Assembly (NCBI GenBank): GCA_039111535.1
Contig: JBCCIM010000004.1
Location: forward strand, 1,722-65,721
Direction of reading: 5' to 3'
Length of the DNA: 64,000 nucleotides
From: Bacteroidota bacterium
GTDB taxonomy: Bacteria; Bacteroidota; Rhodothermia; Rhodothermales; JAHQVL01
In this document: positions 46,591 through 56,417 of the stretch, piece by piece
Layout: each line of letters opens with the position of its first letter
How positions within the stretch are numbered: the stretch's first letter is position 1
Position numbers and translations under genes: made by a program
Notes under the pieces: model-generated
What the model saw: only the letters and a program-made list of their open reading frames with translations
Told to the model about the DNA's origin: nothing
Database searches by the model: none

Positions 46591-47921
46591 TGCACGTGCT
46601 GCGATCCCTTTTTCTGACACCACGATGCTTTCTGGTGATCAGTTTGCTTACAACGGCATTTATCCTTGCCCACTTTTATCCGGCATTGCTGGCCGCAACC
46701 CGCATTACATTTTTTGTTTTTGTTGCACTTGTCGCGCTGGATGTATGGCTCTTGTACCGCGTACGAACAGGGATCTCTGGTACGCGGGTCTGTCCGGACC
46801 GGCTTTCCAATGGCGACGAAAACCCGATTTCTATTGAACTCAACAATCACTATACTTTTCCACTTACGGCCGAAGTTATAGATGAATTGCCGCTTCAATT
46901 TCAGGCGCGTGACAATGCACATCATCGGATACTTAAAGCCGGAATGCGGGAGGTCATTGCTTTTACGCTCCGACCAACAGAACGGGGGCTTTATCGTTTT
47001 GGGCATGTTAACGTGTTAGCCTGTACGCCGCTCCACCTGGTGCAACGTCGCTATCAGGTTGCGACAGCGCGCGAAGTGCCTGTATACCCTTCATTTTTGC
47101 AGATGCGCGGCTTTGAGTTAATGGCAGCCAGCAATCGACTGCATGAGGTGGGTGTGAAGCGGATTCGCCGCATCGGGCAAGCTTCCGCGTTTGAGCGTAT
47201 TAAGGAGTATGTTGTTGGAGATGATCCGCGAACAGTAAACTGGCGAGCCACTGCACGGCGAGGCGAACTGATGGTGAACCAGTACCAGGATGAGCGGGCC
47301 CAGCCGGTGTATTGTTTGCTCGACGCGGGGCGGGTCATGGAGTTGCCTTTTGATGGCATGACCTTGCTGGATCACAGCATCAACGCGTCGCTGGTAATCA
47401 GCAATGTTGCGCTCAAGAAGCAGGACAAAGTCGGACTCATCGCGTTCTCCAGCGAGATCCATAACGTTTTGCCGGCCTCAGCCGGGGTGCGGCAATTGGG
47501 CCAGATGATGGATCGCTTGTACGGGCTGCAAACCAATTTTCTGGCAACAGATTATGAGCGACTTTACAGTACGGTCCGGCGCCAGGCGCGACAGCGCAGT
47601 TTAATGCTCCTGTTTACGAACTTTGCTTCGATGGCAGCATTAAAGCGGCAACTACCGTATCTGAAGGCGCTGGCTCGCAACCATCTACTTGTTGTAATCT
47701 TCTTCGAAAACACCGAACTCACGGCCCTCGCGTCCATACCACCTGCCGATACAGCGGCTGTTTATACCCGCACCATCGCAGCGCAGTTTATGCTGCAAAA
47801 GCAACAGATTGTCAAAGAGCTTCAGAAGCATCTTATACAATCGGTTTTAACGCGGCCCGAAAATCTATCGGTGGATACACTCAACAAATATCTGGAGCTT
47901 AAAGCCAGAGGGCTCTTCTAA
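46587..47921 (+). CDS. DUF58 domain protein (vWA-like, MoxR partner)
   Basis: The start overlaps the moxR stop (ATGA). Two N-terminal TM segments. EYVVGDDPRTVNWRATARRGELMVNQYQDER is the DUF58 core. Confidence 0.88.
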   Translation: MMHVLRSLFLTPRCFLVISLLTTAFILAHFYPALLAATRITFFVFVALVALDVWLLYRVRTGISGTRVCPDRLSNGDENPISIELNNHYTFPLTAEVIDELPLQFQARDNAHHRILKAGMREVIAFTLRPTERGLYRFGHVNVLACTPLHLVQRRYQVATAREVPVYPSFLQMRGFELMAASNRLHEVGVKRIRRIGQASAFERIKEYVVGDDPRTVNWRATARRGELMVNQYQDERAQPVYCLLDAGRVMELPFDGMTLLDHSINASLVISNVALKKQDKVGLIAFSSEIHNVLPASAGVRQLGQMMDRLYGLQTNFLATDYERLYSTVRRQARQRSLMLLFTNFASMAALKRQLPYLKALARNHLLVVIFFENTELTALASIPPADTAAVYTRTIAAQFMLQKQQIVKELQKHLIQSVLTRPENLSVDTLNKYLELKARGLF

Positions 47922-47978
47922 CGGCTGAAGGGCAGGCCCAACGCACAAGAAACCTAAACCTTAGCATACACTCCCCCT

Positions 47979-48833
47979 ATGGCAGGAATACTTTTAGACG
48001 GAAAGGCGTTGGCGCGTAATCTTGAAAAAGAACTGGCGAAACGCGTAGCGCATCTTGTTACCCAAACCGGACGCACCCCCATCCTCGCGACAATTCTGGT
48101 TGGTGATGACCCGGCATCTGCGACGTATGTACGCATGAAAGGCAATTCCTGCAAGCGCGTCGGCATGGATTCAGAGCGCGTAATTTTGCCGGCAGAAACA
48201 ACAACAGCGGAGCTAGAGCAGGTAATCCACGACCTCAACGCAAATCCTGATGTACACGGTATTCTGCTGCAGCATCCGGTGCCCTCACAAATTGATGAGC
48301 GGAAGTGCTTTGACGCCATCTCTATAAAAAAAGACGTAGACGGCGTTACCACGGCCGGCTTCGGGCTGATGGCGATGAAAGAAGAAGCTTACGGATCCGC
48401 GACGCCGGCTGGCATTATGCGTCTGTTGAAGCACTACGAAATTCCGCTGGAAGGCAAACATGCCGTTGTAATTGGAAGGAGCCCGATTTTGGGCAAACCC
48501 ATGGCATTTATGCTGCTGAATGAAAACTGCACGGTAACCATTTGCCATTCGCGAACGCAAAACCTGCCCGAGCATGTGAAACAGGCTGATGTGATTGTGG
48601 GCGCAGTAGGCCGGCCTGAATTTATTCGGGGCAGTTGGATAAAACCCGGTGCCGTTGTGGTGGATGCCGGCTACAATCCGGGGCCGGTAGGCGATATTGA
48701 AATATCAGCCATCATCGACACCTGCAGCGCCTACACACCAGTGCCGGGCGGGGTAGGGCCAATGACCATCGCAACGCTTATTGCGCAGACCGTAGAAGCC
48801 GCTGAGAAGGCTGCTGGAGTCGATGTGCATTAA
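47979..48833 (+). CDS. folD: bifunctional 5,10-methylene-THF dehydrogenase / methenyl-THF cyclohydrolase
   Basis: [48 protein letters not shown]. Confidence 0.96.
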   Translation: MAGILLDGKALARNLEKELAKRVAHLVTQTGRTPILATILVGDDPASATYVRMKGNSCKRVGMDSERVILPAETTTAELEQVIHDLNANPDVHGILLQHPVPSQIDERKCFDAISIKKDVDGVTTAGFGLMAMKEEAYGSATPAGIMRLLKHYEIPLEGKHAVVIGRSPILGKPMAFMLLNENCTVTICHSRTQNLPEHVKQADVIVGAVGRPEFIRGSWIKPGAVVVDAGYNPGPVGDIEISAIIDTCSAYTPVPGGVGPMTIATLIAQTVEAAEKAAGVDVH

Positions 48834-48945
48834 TTCATAATTTGTTCTATATTTCTAGTCCTTGCTGTAGCCTGGTGTAACCGAATGCGTGGTGGTTTAC
48901 ACCTGGGGTACAACGGTCTGCGTCTGCAGATACCGGCGAGATTCA

Positions 48946-49027
48946 TACTGGTGTGACCCTGCGCTATCATCACCGTGATACCATCAACGCAGGGGGCCTT
49001 ATACCTTAGGTCTCACCCGCACCAGTA
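48946..49027 (+). promoter_or_regulatory. candidate structured RNA element (perfect three-way junction) in the leader of the NhaD-like transporter
   Basis: P1 is TACTGGTG+TGA (48946-48956) pairing with TCA..CACCAGTA (49013-49027). P2 is CCCTGCG (48957-63) with CGCAGGG (48988-94), plus an inner TATCA/TGATA stem. P3 is GGCCT (48995-99) with AGGTC (49008-12). The helices abut with no junction nucleotides. Confidence 0.3.
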
Positions 49028-49226
49028 CATCGTGCCCACCAGGTATCTCATGCCATCGACGCATGACACTCCTTCTGATTAGAGAAGATCATCTCGGATG
49101 AATTTCCATTTATCTGCTACCCTTGGACTATCTGTACGGATGGATGCCATGAAGTATGTGCAGCGTCTGCTTCAGATGCGCATGTGTATTGTTAACCCTT
49201 ATTTCAAGCGAGTATTTGTGGAGCGA

Positions 49227-50756
49227 ATGAGCCTGTCGCGTGTTCTTGTGCTTGTCTGTGTGGTGGTGGGGCTATCCCTTGCTGGCATTGCGGATGCCGG
49301 CGCTTCGCCGCTCGATCCCGAGTTGCTAGTTGCTGAATCGGTAATCGCCGAAACCCTACCCACCGAATCAGTGGTTTCGCCGGCGCACCCGGCAAATGTG
49401 TTGCCCGCCGCTATGCCGGCTGCTGCGGATGGGGAGGCACCCCCCGTATGGTTGGTTATCCCGTTCATGTTGCTCCTCATCATGATTGCCACCGGGCCGC
49501 TCTTTTATGCCCATCACTGGCATCATCACTACCCCAAATACTCCGTTGCTTTTGGGGTGTTGGTTGTAGGATATTACCTGTTTACCAGCAACAGTTCGCC
49601 TGTCCTGCACGCCTTGCAAGAATACTTCTCTTTCATTGCACTGGTAGCCTCCTTATTTATTGCAGCAAGCGGTATTTATCTTGGGATTAATGCAAAAGGG
49701 ACCCCGTTCAACAACGCGATCCTGCTTTTTGTCGGTTCCGTCATTGCCAACCTGATTGCTACAACAGGGGCGGCGATGCTATTCATTCGGTCGTACATGC
49801 GCCTCAATAAAGGCCGGCTGCGCCCGTACCACATTGTCTTCTTCATTTTCCTTGTGGCCAATATTGGTGGTGCGCTTACCCCCATTGGTGATCCCCCTCT
49901 TTTTCTTGGCTTTCTGCGTGGTGTGCCGTTTTTCTGGACCTTAACGCATGTGTGGTATATCTGGCTGCCCACAACGATTGTGCTGCTTGGTATTTTTTAT
50001 GTGATCGATTCGCGTAACAAGAACCAGGGCAATGTACCTGATGCGAATGAGCCGGTGGTAACACTGGAAGGCTCCAAGAGCTTTATCTGGATTGGCATCA
50101 TCATTTGCAGTGTATTTATCGATCCTAACGTGCTATCCTTTGTACCCAACCTCTACAAGGAATTTCACTTTCCAATTGGCATCCGTGAAATGATCATGTT
50201 CCTGGTAGCTTTCCTTGCCTACCGGTTTGCCAATAAAGCATGTTTCGAGAAAAATGAGTTTTCCTTTGAGCCCATTCGCGAAGTAGGCTGGCTGTTTTTG
50301 GGGATATTCTGCACCATGCAGCCGGCGCTGCAACTCATCAGCAATTTTGCCAAAGAGAACGCCGATAACCTCGGTGTTGGTGTGTTCTACTGGGGTACCG
50401 GGTCGCTTTCGGGTATTCTCGATAATGCGCCTACCTATCTGAATTTCCTTTCTGCTTCAATGGGTAAATTCGGACTCAATGTGGATGACCCGGCAGCTGT
50501 AAAACAATTTGCTGAGTCAGCTGCTGCCCACCCGGAGAGTTGGTTCTACCTGCAAGCCATCTCAGTCGCTGCCGTATTCTTTGGCGCGCTGACCTACATT
50601 GGCAATGCACCAAACTTCATGGTGAAAGCCATTGCTGAGGGGAATGGTGTTCGCACGCCTTCTTTCTTTGGCTACCTTGCGCGGTATTCGATTCCCATTC
50701 TCTTGCCCGTGTATTTCATTATTTGGCTGATTGTTTACAGTGGCTATATCCTCTAG
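49227..50756 (+). CDS. ArsB/NhaD-superfamily cation transporter (putative Na+/H+ antiporter)
   Basis: Start chosen at MSLSRVLVLVCVVVGLSLAG. Polytopic. ANIGGALTPIGDPPLFLGF and SGILDNAPTYLNF motifs are typical of NhaD-like permeases. Confidence 0.75.
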   Translation: MSLSRVLVLVCVVVGLSLAGIADAGASPLDPELLVAESVIAETLPTESVVSPAHPANVLPAAMPAAADGEAPPVWLVIPFMLLLIMIATGPLFYAHHWHHHYPKYSVAFGVLVVGYYLFTSNSSPVLHALQEYFSFIALVASLFIAASGIYLGINAKGTPFNNAILLFVGSVIANLIATTGAAMLFIRSYMRLNKGRLRPYHIVFFIFLVANIGGALTPIGDPPLFLGFLRGVPFFWTLTHVWYIWLPTTIVLLGIFYVIDSRNKNQGNVPDANEPVVTLEGSKSFIWIGIIICSVFIDPNVLSFVPNLYKEFHFPIGIREMIMFLVAFLAYRFANKACFEKNEFSFEPIREVGWLFLGIFCTMQPALQLISNFAKENADNLGVGVFYWGTGSLSGILDNAPTYLNFLSASMGKFGLNVDDPAAVKQFAESAAAHPESWFYLQAISVAAVFFGALTYIGNAPNFMVKAIAEGNGVRTPSFFGYLARYSIPILLPVYFIIWLIVYSGYIL

Positions 50757-50823
50757 CGGATCATTCCCGCGCCGGGTGAGGTAAAGTTGTATCGTTTCGG
50801 CACATTGTTTACAGGTTTTTACA

Positions 50824-51408
50824 TTGGAAAAACTCATCCGCGAGTATATCCCGCACGACCCCACAGTCGGCCTTTATGTCGCGCCAGACATCCCATTCAA
50901 GAAGCTGCACAATGCCCTTGAAGACTACGCCAAGAAGGTGCGACGCAAAGAAGTGGTTGCGCTGTATGATGCAACCCTGATGGGGTCTGCAAAAGACGGC
51001 GCGCTCTTTATGGCGGACCGGTTTGTGTTTCAGAACAACAACCTGGAGCCGGCTTACGAAATTCTGTATGACGATCTTGTCGAAGTGAATCTGAAAAAGA
51101 AAATGATGGGCGGCCAGCGGCTACAGCTTAGTGTAAATCGCGGACGCGCCACCATCAATCTTGAACTCGACTTCTCCGGGAAAGCGAAAGCTGCGCCTTT
51201 TGTAGCCCGTTTGTTGGAAGATGTAATGTTCAGGACCACCGAAGCGGAGATGGCAAGGGACACCCGTCGTCGGTCAGATGATCGCACCCGCGAAGCCCAG
51301 GAGACCGATGTGCGCGTCGTTGAAGAAACCCTGATTGCACTCGTTAGAGAAGGCCATTTGCTGGAAGACGACTTTCGGGATATGCTGCGCGTACTCAACC
51401 AGCGATAA
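50824..51408 (+). CDS. hypothetical protein (194 aa, TTG start in track)
   Basis: Clean ORF. N-terminal ~130 aa globular region and a charged C-terminal helix. I recognise no family. Confidence 0.5.
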   Translation: MEKLIREYIPHDPTVGLYVAPDIPFKKLHNALEDYAKKVRRKEVVALYDATLMGSAKDGALFMADRFVFQNNNLEPAYEILYDDLVEVNLKKKMMGGQRLQLSVNRGRATINLELDFSGKAKAAPFVARLLEDVMFRTTEAEMARDTRRRSDDRTREAQETDVRVVEETLIALVREGHLLEDDFRDMLRVLNQR

Positions 51409-51465
51409 TCTTGCCCGTCGTCCTTCGACGGGTGCCTGGGCTTTTGAGATTGCATACGTAAAGGC

Positions 51466-51942
51466 ATGAATAAGTACACAATTCGCCCCGCTAAAAAAGC
51501 AGATGCAGCGCCCCTTTTGGAATTGGTACAGGCGCTTTGCACCCACACAGGCGACGGCATTGAACACTTCGATGACGACCGCTTCCTGGAAGATGCGTTT
51601 GGAGATGATCCCCAGTTTACCGTACTGGTTGCTTCGGATGAAGCAGGCCAATTGGGCGGGTATACGCTTTTCTTCGATGCTTATGAGCCGAGCCACACAG
51701 CACGCGGGGTTTACATTTCCGATTTGTTTGTGGCGACGCATGCCCGACAAGCTGGGCTGGGCCGGCAACTGATCGCTGCGGTAGCGAAAGATGCCAAAGC
51801 CAGGGGCCGTTCCTTTCTCTGGCTGGTCTCACCCAATGCGGATGCCCACCCATTCTATAACAAAATAATGGACGTCTCGCAGGCCCTTGTTGCATTTGCG
51901 CTTACTTACGACGCCTTCGATGCGTTAGCTGCGGCAGACTGA
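51466..51942 (+). CDS. GNAT-family N-acetyltransferase
   Basis: 158 aa. Acetyl-CoA motif in VATHARQAGLGRQLIAAV. Confidence 0.85.
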   Translation: MNKYTIRPAKKADAAPLLELVQALCTHTGDGIEHFDDDRFLEDAFGDDPQFTVLVASDEAGQLGGYTLFFDAYEPSHTARGVYISDLFVATHARQAGLGRQLIAAVAKDAKARGRSFLWLVSPNADAHPFYNKIMDVSQALVAFALTYDAFDALAAAD

Positions 51943-52189
51943 TCTCTTTTTGGCACCACCATTTCTCTTTTTTGCCGGCCTGTCACATGGCTGCTTGCAT
52001 CGCTATTTCTAATCCGCGCTGGATAGACCTTGCAACGATAGCGGGGTAGCAGTTCGGTATAAAAACATCTCCCCCTTAAATCTTGGTCCCGAAAAGCTGA
52101 TACACTCATTTAGAGCAGTTTTGACCCAACGATAGATAGACGCACTATTAATAATTCAATTCAGTCTATCCTTAAGTATTAACTAAGCA

Positions 52190-54769
52190 ATGCAGAAGCC
52201 AGATTCTTCAGGTACAACAGCGTTAGATGGCGCGCAAGGATCTTTTTTGGACTTTAAACTGGGCGACATCAAACTGGGCGATTACGTCCTGCTGGCCTTG
52301 CAACTGGCGTTATTTTACGTGGTTGTTAGCCTGTTCAGCATTGAAGAGTCATTCGGGTTTTCAAAAATAGTCCCGATCATTGTCGGGGGCTTTTTGATTC
52401 ATGCCTTGCTACCGTTGCGGTTCAGGATGCCGTTCTTTACGCTGATTTCGCTCGGCGCCATCGTAAGTGTACTGGGGCCGGTCGGGGGTGGTATACTCAT
52501 CGGCATTGGCTTGCTCATGATCGGGGTCTGTCATATTCCGATTGCGCGTTGGATGCGGGTTGTGTTGCTGCTGGCCATTACAGGCGTTCTTGCAATGTAC
52601 AGGAGCGAAATCATCGCTTCATCCTGGAGCGCTTTGGTTATGCCGATTTTGGGCTCCATTTTCATGTTTAGGCTCGTTGTCTACTTTTACGACCTGAAAG
52701 ACGAGAAGCCGGGCACCACTATTTGGACGCGCCTGTCCTACTTTTTCCTGCTGCCTAACGTCTGTTTCCCGCTTTTCCCTGTTGTTGATTACAGGATGTA
52801 CAAGCGTACCTACTACAACTCGGATGCTGCTACCATATACCAGCAGGGCATGTTGTGGATGATGCGTGGGACGGTGCAGTTGATATTGTATCGGGTGGTC
52901 TATTACTACCTGCTGGTTGCGCCGGGCGATGTGAACGGACTCTGGACCTTTGTGCAGGCAGTGCTGACAACGTACCTGTTATACCTGCGTATCTCAGGAC
53001 AATTCCACCTCATTGTTGGGATTCTCTGTCTGTTTGGGATGAACCTCCCTGAAACGCATCACCTCTATTACCTGGCTTCTAGCTTTAGCGATTACTGGCG
53101 CCGTATCAATATTTATTGGAAAGACTTCATGATGAAGATCTTTTTCTACCCGGCGTTTACCCGTTTTCGCGGCATGGGCACAACCCCGGCGCTTGTTATT
53201 GCAACGAGCCTGGTATTCCTCATGACCTGGATCCTGCATTCTTACCAGTGGTACTGGCTGCAGGCGCAATTCCCGATTACGGTGCCAGATGGTCTATTCT
53301 GGGCCATTTTGGGACTTGTTGTGGTTGTCAACTCTTTGCGTGAAATCAAAAATCCGCCAAAGAAAGCACTGGGCAAAAAAGCATTTTCCTTTAAAGATGC
53401 CTTTGTGCATTCTTCCAAGGTTGTAGGGATGTTTGTATTCATCTCTGTGTTGTGGTATCTGTGGAGCAGTGAAAGTGTTGAGGCATTTATCCTGGCCGTT
53501 GAAGCGGCCGGACAAGAGCCGGCCAGCGCCTACCTCCAACTGCTTGCCGGACTGGCAGGACTTATCGTTGTTGGCGTACTGCTTCAGTTTGCAGCATCCA
53601 AAAACTGGTTGTTTGATTCTGCTCCATCCAAAGGCGCCATTTTCAAAACAGCTGTATACTGCGCCGTATCGTTCATGATGCTTATTGGCATAGATCATCA
53701 GGTATTCAAGTCACAGTTGAACGAAGAAAATCTGGCGTTTGTAGAGTCGATCCAGTCGGAGGGCTTCAATCAGCAGGACCAAACGGATTTTGAACGTGGG
53801 TATTACGAGTCGCTACTCACCACGAACAAGTACACGTCGGCGCTTTGGCGGACAAACATGAACAAGCCAGCCGGCTGGGCAGGTATCCAGGATTCAGATG
53901 CAGTGCGGCCAACAAACGACATCAGGATTTACGAATTGATTCCTTCTATTCAGACGGAGCTCAAACAGGCGCAGCTTACAACCAACCAGTACGGCTTGCG
54001 CGACAAAGAATACCCGATGGAGAAGCCTGAAAACACGTACAGGATTGCCTTGTTGGGTACGTCGTACGTGATGGGGTCGGGTGTAGCAGACGACGAAAAC
54101 TTCGAGACCTACGTCGAAAACAAGTTGAATAGCCAGGACGATGGGATCAACTATGAGATCATGAACTTCGCAGTAGGGGGGTACGGTTTGATGCAGCAGG
54201 TAGATGTTGCTGCGAAGCGGGTATTCGACTTTAAGCCTGATGCCCTGTTCTACGTGGCGCAGCCGTCTGAAGTTGAGCGTTCATACCTCCGCCTGATCAA
54301 ACCCATTCGCTCTGGTGTGCCTATCGAGTATGAAGGCTTGAAAGCGGTCATCGAGACGCTGGATGTGGATCCGGGTGACGAGCCGGCCAAAGTCAACCAG
54401 GCATTGGCGCCGGCAGCAGAAGAAATGGCGCGTTGGGCGTATGATTATATTGCGCAGTTGGCAATCCAGCATGGGGCTGAACCAGTGATGGTATTTTTGC
54501 CGCAGACCAAACGTGCTTTTGAGCCAGGTGAAATCGATTACCTGACCAACATGGGTCGTGAAGCAGGCTTTACGCATACCATCGAACTCGATGATGTGTA
54601 TGATCCTATTGACATCGAGTCCATTCTATTGGCCCCGTGGGATTATCATCCGAATGTACGCGGGCATAAACTGATAGGGTCACTCTTTTACAAACGGTTG
54701 AGCGAATCTCCACTGACACAGGAAATTCGACAATCAGTGCAGACGGCTGAGTTGGAGACGGGCCGGTAA
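52190..54769 (+). CDS. MBOAT-family O-acyltransferase (AlgI-like) fused to a C-terminal SGNH/GDSL-like domain
   Basis: The MBOAT core is YLRISGQFHLIVGILCLFGMNLPETHH...FSDYWRRINIYWKDFMMKIFFYP...LMTWILHS (Asn plus invariant His pattern). Extra TM segments follow. The SGNH-like blocks are IALLGTSYVMGSG, NFAVGGYG and PWDYHPNVRGHKLIG. Confidence 0.75.
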   Translation: MQKPDSSGTTALDGAQGSFLDFKLGDIKLGDYVLLALQLALFYVVVSLFSIEESFGFSKIVPIIVGGFLIHALLPLRFRMPFFTLISLGAIVSVLGPVGGGILIGIGLLMIGVCHIPIARWMRVVLLLAITGVLAMYRSEIIASSWSALVMPILGSIFMFRLVVYFYDLKDEKPGTTIWTRLSYFFLLPNVCFPLFPVVDYRMYKRTYYNSDAATIYQQGMLWMMRGTVQLILYRVVYYYLLVAPGDVNGLWTFVQAVLTTYLLYLRISGQFHLIVGILCLFGMNLPETHHLYYLASSFSDYWRRINIYWKDFMMKIFFYPAFTRFRGMGTTPALVIATSLVFLMTWILHSYQWYWLQAQFPITVPDGLFWAILGLVVVVNSLREIKNPPKKALGKKAFSFKDAFVHSSKVVGMFVFISVLWYLWSSESVEAFILAVEAAGQEPASAYLQLLAGLAGLIVVGVLLQFAASKNWLFDSAPSKGAIFKTAVYCAVSFMMLIGIDHQVFKSQLNEENLAFVESIQSEGFNQQDQTDFERGYYESLLTTNKYTSALWRTNMNKPAGWAGIQDSDAVRPTNDIRIYELIPSIQTELKQAQLTTNQYGLRDKEYPMEKPENTYRIALLGTSYVMGSGVADDENFETYVENKLNSQDDGINYEIMNFAVGGYGLMQQVDVAAKRVFDFKPDALFYVAQPSEVERSYLRLIKPIRSGVPIEYEGLKAVIETLDVDPGDEPAKVNQALAPAAEEMARWAYDYIAQLAIQHGAEPVMVFLPQTKRAFEPGEIDYLTNMGREAGFTHTIELDDVYDPIDIESILLAPWDYHPNVRGHKLIGSLFYKRLSESPLTQEIRQSVQTAELETGR

Positions 54770-54789
54770 TCATTAGGTTGGCGTCAATA

Positions 54790-56178
54790 ATGGGCAAACT
54801 TCTTTGTATTTCTTACCGTTTTGCGCCGGAGACCTATCCGCTTGCCATTCGGGTGGACAACTTTGTAAAACACCTCAGCAATTCTTTTGAGATTGAGGCC
54901 ATCACGGCTGCGGAAGATGCACAGGCTCCGGATAATGTAAACACCCACCATGTGAAGCCGCGGGTACCAACCCGGATGATTCGCCGGCTCCGTAAGCTCC
55001 GGCTCGGTAAACTGGTCCCTTTCCTGTTCTGGCCCGACATGTTTCTGTTTTGGATCTGGCCGGCCTACAAAAAGGCCAAAGCCCTGATCAAGGCAAATCG
55101 GCCAGATGCTATTGTCGTGTTCATGATGCCCTATTCGCAGGGACTCGTTGGCATTCTGCTGAAGCGCAAATTTGGTATACCGTTAATCCTGAACCTGAAC
55201 GACTCACCTACGTGTTCGTCGTTACATCCGGTTTTTCCTTCTCGCCTACACTTTTATCTGGCAAAAAAACTGGAATCGCTTTACATCAGATCTGCAGACG
55301 CTATCGTTTATGTGTCCAAGCAGAACCTGGATCGACTAAAAGCAGACGTGCCGTCTGCAACCCGTGATCGGATGCATCTTATCCGACGTGGCGCACCAAC
55401 GGTGCAGCTAGATACGCTGCCTGAGAAGAAGGACAACAACCTGCACATCGTATATGGCGGCGGCATGGGAGGGTGGTACGCGTTCACTGAGCCTGAAAAA
55501 CCTTCTTTTGCCAAGCGGATGTACACTGCCTGGGAGCAATTAGGCACGTACAGGCTGGTAAAGCTTGATCACCGCAGTCACAGTCCCGTATACCTTGGGC
55601 TGGCAATCAAACAGTTGATTGAAAGAAAACCGGAGTGGAAAGGTCGGATTACGCTGGATATTTATGGCAACAAGTACCCGATGCCCCTGGTGAACCAGGT
55701 TTTACAGCAGCATGGCATCGAAGACCTGGTCAACATCAACGGTGTACTGCCACACAAAGAAGTACTACAAAAGGTGTTTGGTGCGGACGCGCTGTTTATG
55801 GCGCTACCCGAGCGGAATGATGGCTCTCCGGATGCGCGTATTTCTGCCAAAACCTACGAATACCTGATGAGCGAACGGCCAATTATTGCCGGCCTGTCTA
55901 TGGGGGAGAACACGCGCTTCCTTTCCCGTTTTGATGGGGTGCATATTGTCTCTCCGCGTGATGTGGATGCAATGGAAACGGCTATAGAAAATCTCGCAAC
56001 GCGATTCTTCGCCGGCGAATCGCTCAAAGCGAACCGGAGTCAGCATTTTGATGCGCTCGGCGTCCCCAAAAAGGCAAGGGACTTCGAAGCTGTTGTCCGA
56101 CACGCCATGGCGCCTGATACCTATCCACGTCCGGATACAGAGGCAGAAGAGACACCGCAGGTCTCAGCAACCGCATGA
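54790..56178 (+). CDS. GT-B fold glycosyltransferase (GT4/GT1-like)
   Basis: N-terminus is MGKLLCISYRFAPE. The C-terminal nucleotide-sugar pocket pattern is ISAKTYEYLMSERPIIAG. The ATG at 54790 is preferred to the TTG at 54778. Confidence 0.75.
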   Translation: MGKLLCISYRFAPETYPLAIRVDNFVKHLSNSFEIEAITAAEDAQAPDNVNTHHVKPRVPTRMIRRLRKLRLGKLVPFLFWPDMFLFWIWPAYKKAKALIKANRPDAIVVFMMPYSQGLVGILLKRKFGIPLILNLNDSPTCSSLHPVFPSRLHFYLAKKLESLYIRSADAIVYVSKQNLDRLKADVPSATRDRMHLIRRGAPTVQLDTLPEKKDNNLHIVYGGGMGGWYAFTEPEKPSFAKRMYTAWEQLGTYRLVKLDHRSHSPVYLGLAIKQLIERKPEWKGRITLDIYGNKYPMPLVNQVLQQHGIEDLVNINGVLPHKEVLQKVFGADALFMALPERNDGSPDARISAKTYEYLMSERPIIAGLSMGENTRFLSRFDGVHIVSPRDVDAMETAIENLATRFFAGESLKANRSQHFDALGVPKKARDFEAVVRHAMAPDTYPRPDTEAEETPQVSATA

Positions 56179-56417
56179 GCAGCTAAGTTTGATGAGGGAA
56201 TGTTGATTGGGGAGCGTATGATATATGCCAGGCTCACCTCCGCTTTATCCCGCGTTAGATTTGATATCCCCCGATACACCACAACGATCAGCGTCGCATC
56301 ACGAGTGGGCCGGCTAAAGATCAGATCACGACTTATTTAAGCAACCATTTAAGTGTGCGAAAAGGCCGCCGATAATACAGGCTCATAGCAAAACCCGATC
56401 ACTTAAAGGTATATATC

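Noticed and set aside
49098-49226. 43-aa N-terminal extension of the transporter ORF (MNFHLSATLG...)
   Set aside because: It has no hydrophobic or conserved character. The signal/TM-like sequence begins at the Met at 49227. It is kept only as an alternative that would shorten the leader.
48834-49226. Assignment of the leader to a known riboswitch class (fluoride, c-di-AMP/ydaO, Mn2+ yybP-ykoY) or to SRP RNA, RNase P RNA or tmRNA
   Set aside because: I could not find the conserved cores I remember for these RNAs. Examples are the GATGG...CTGATGA..CCTAC pattern for fluoride and GAGGAAAGTCC for RNase P. I do not recall the consensus of the Na+/Li+ classes (nhaA-I, DUF1646), so those remain untested. 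The element is left unassigned.
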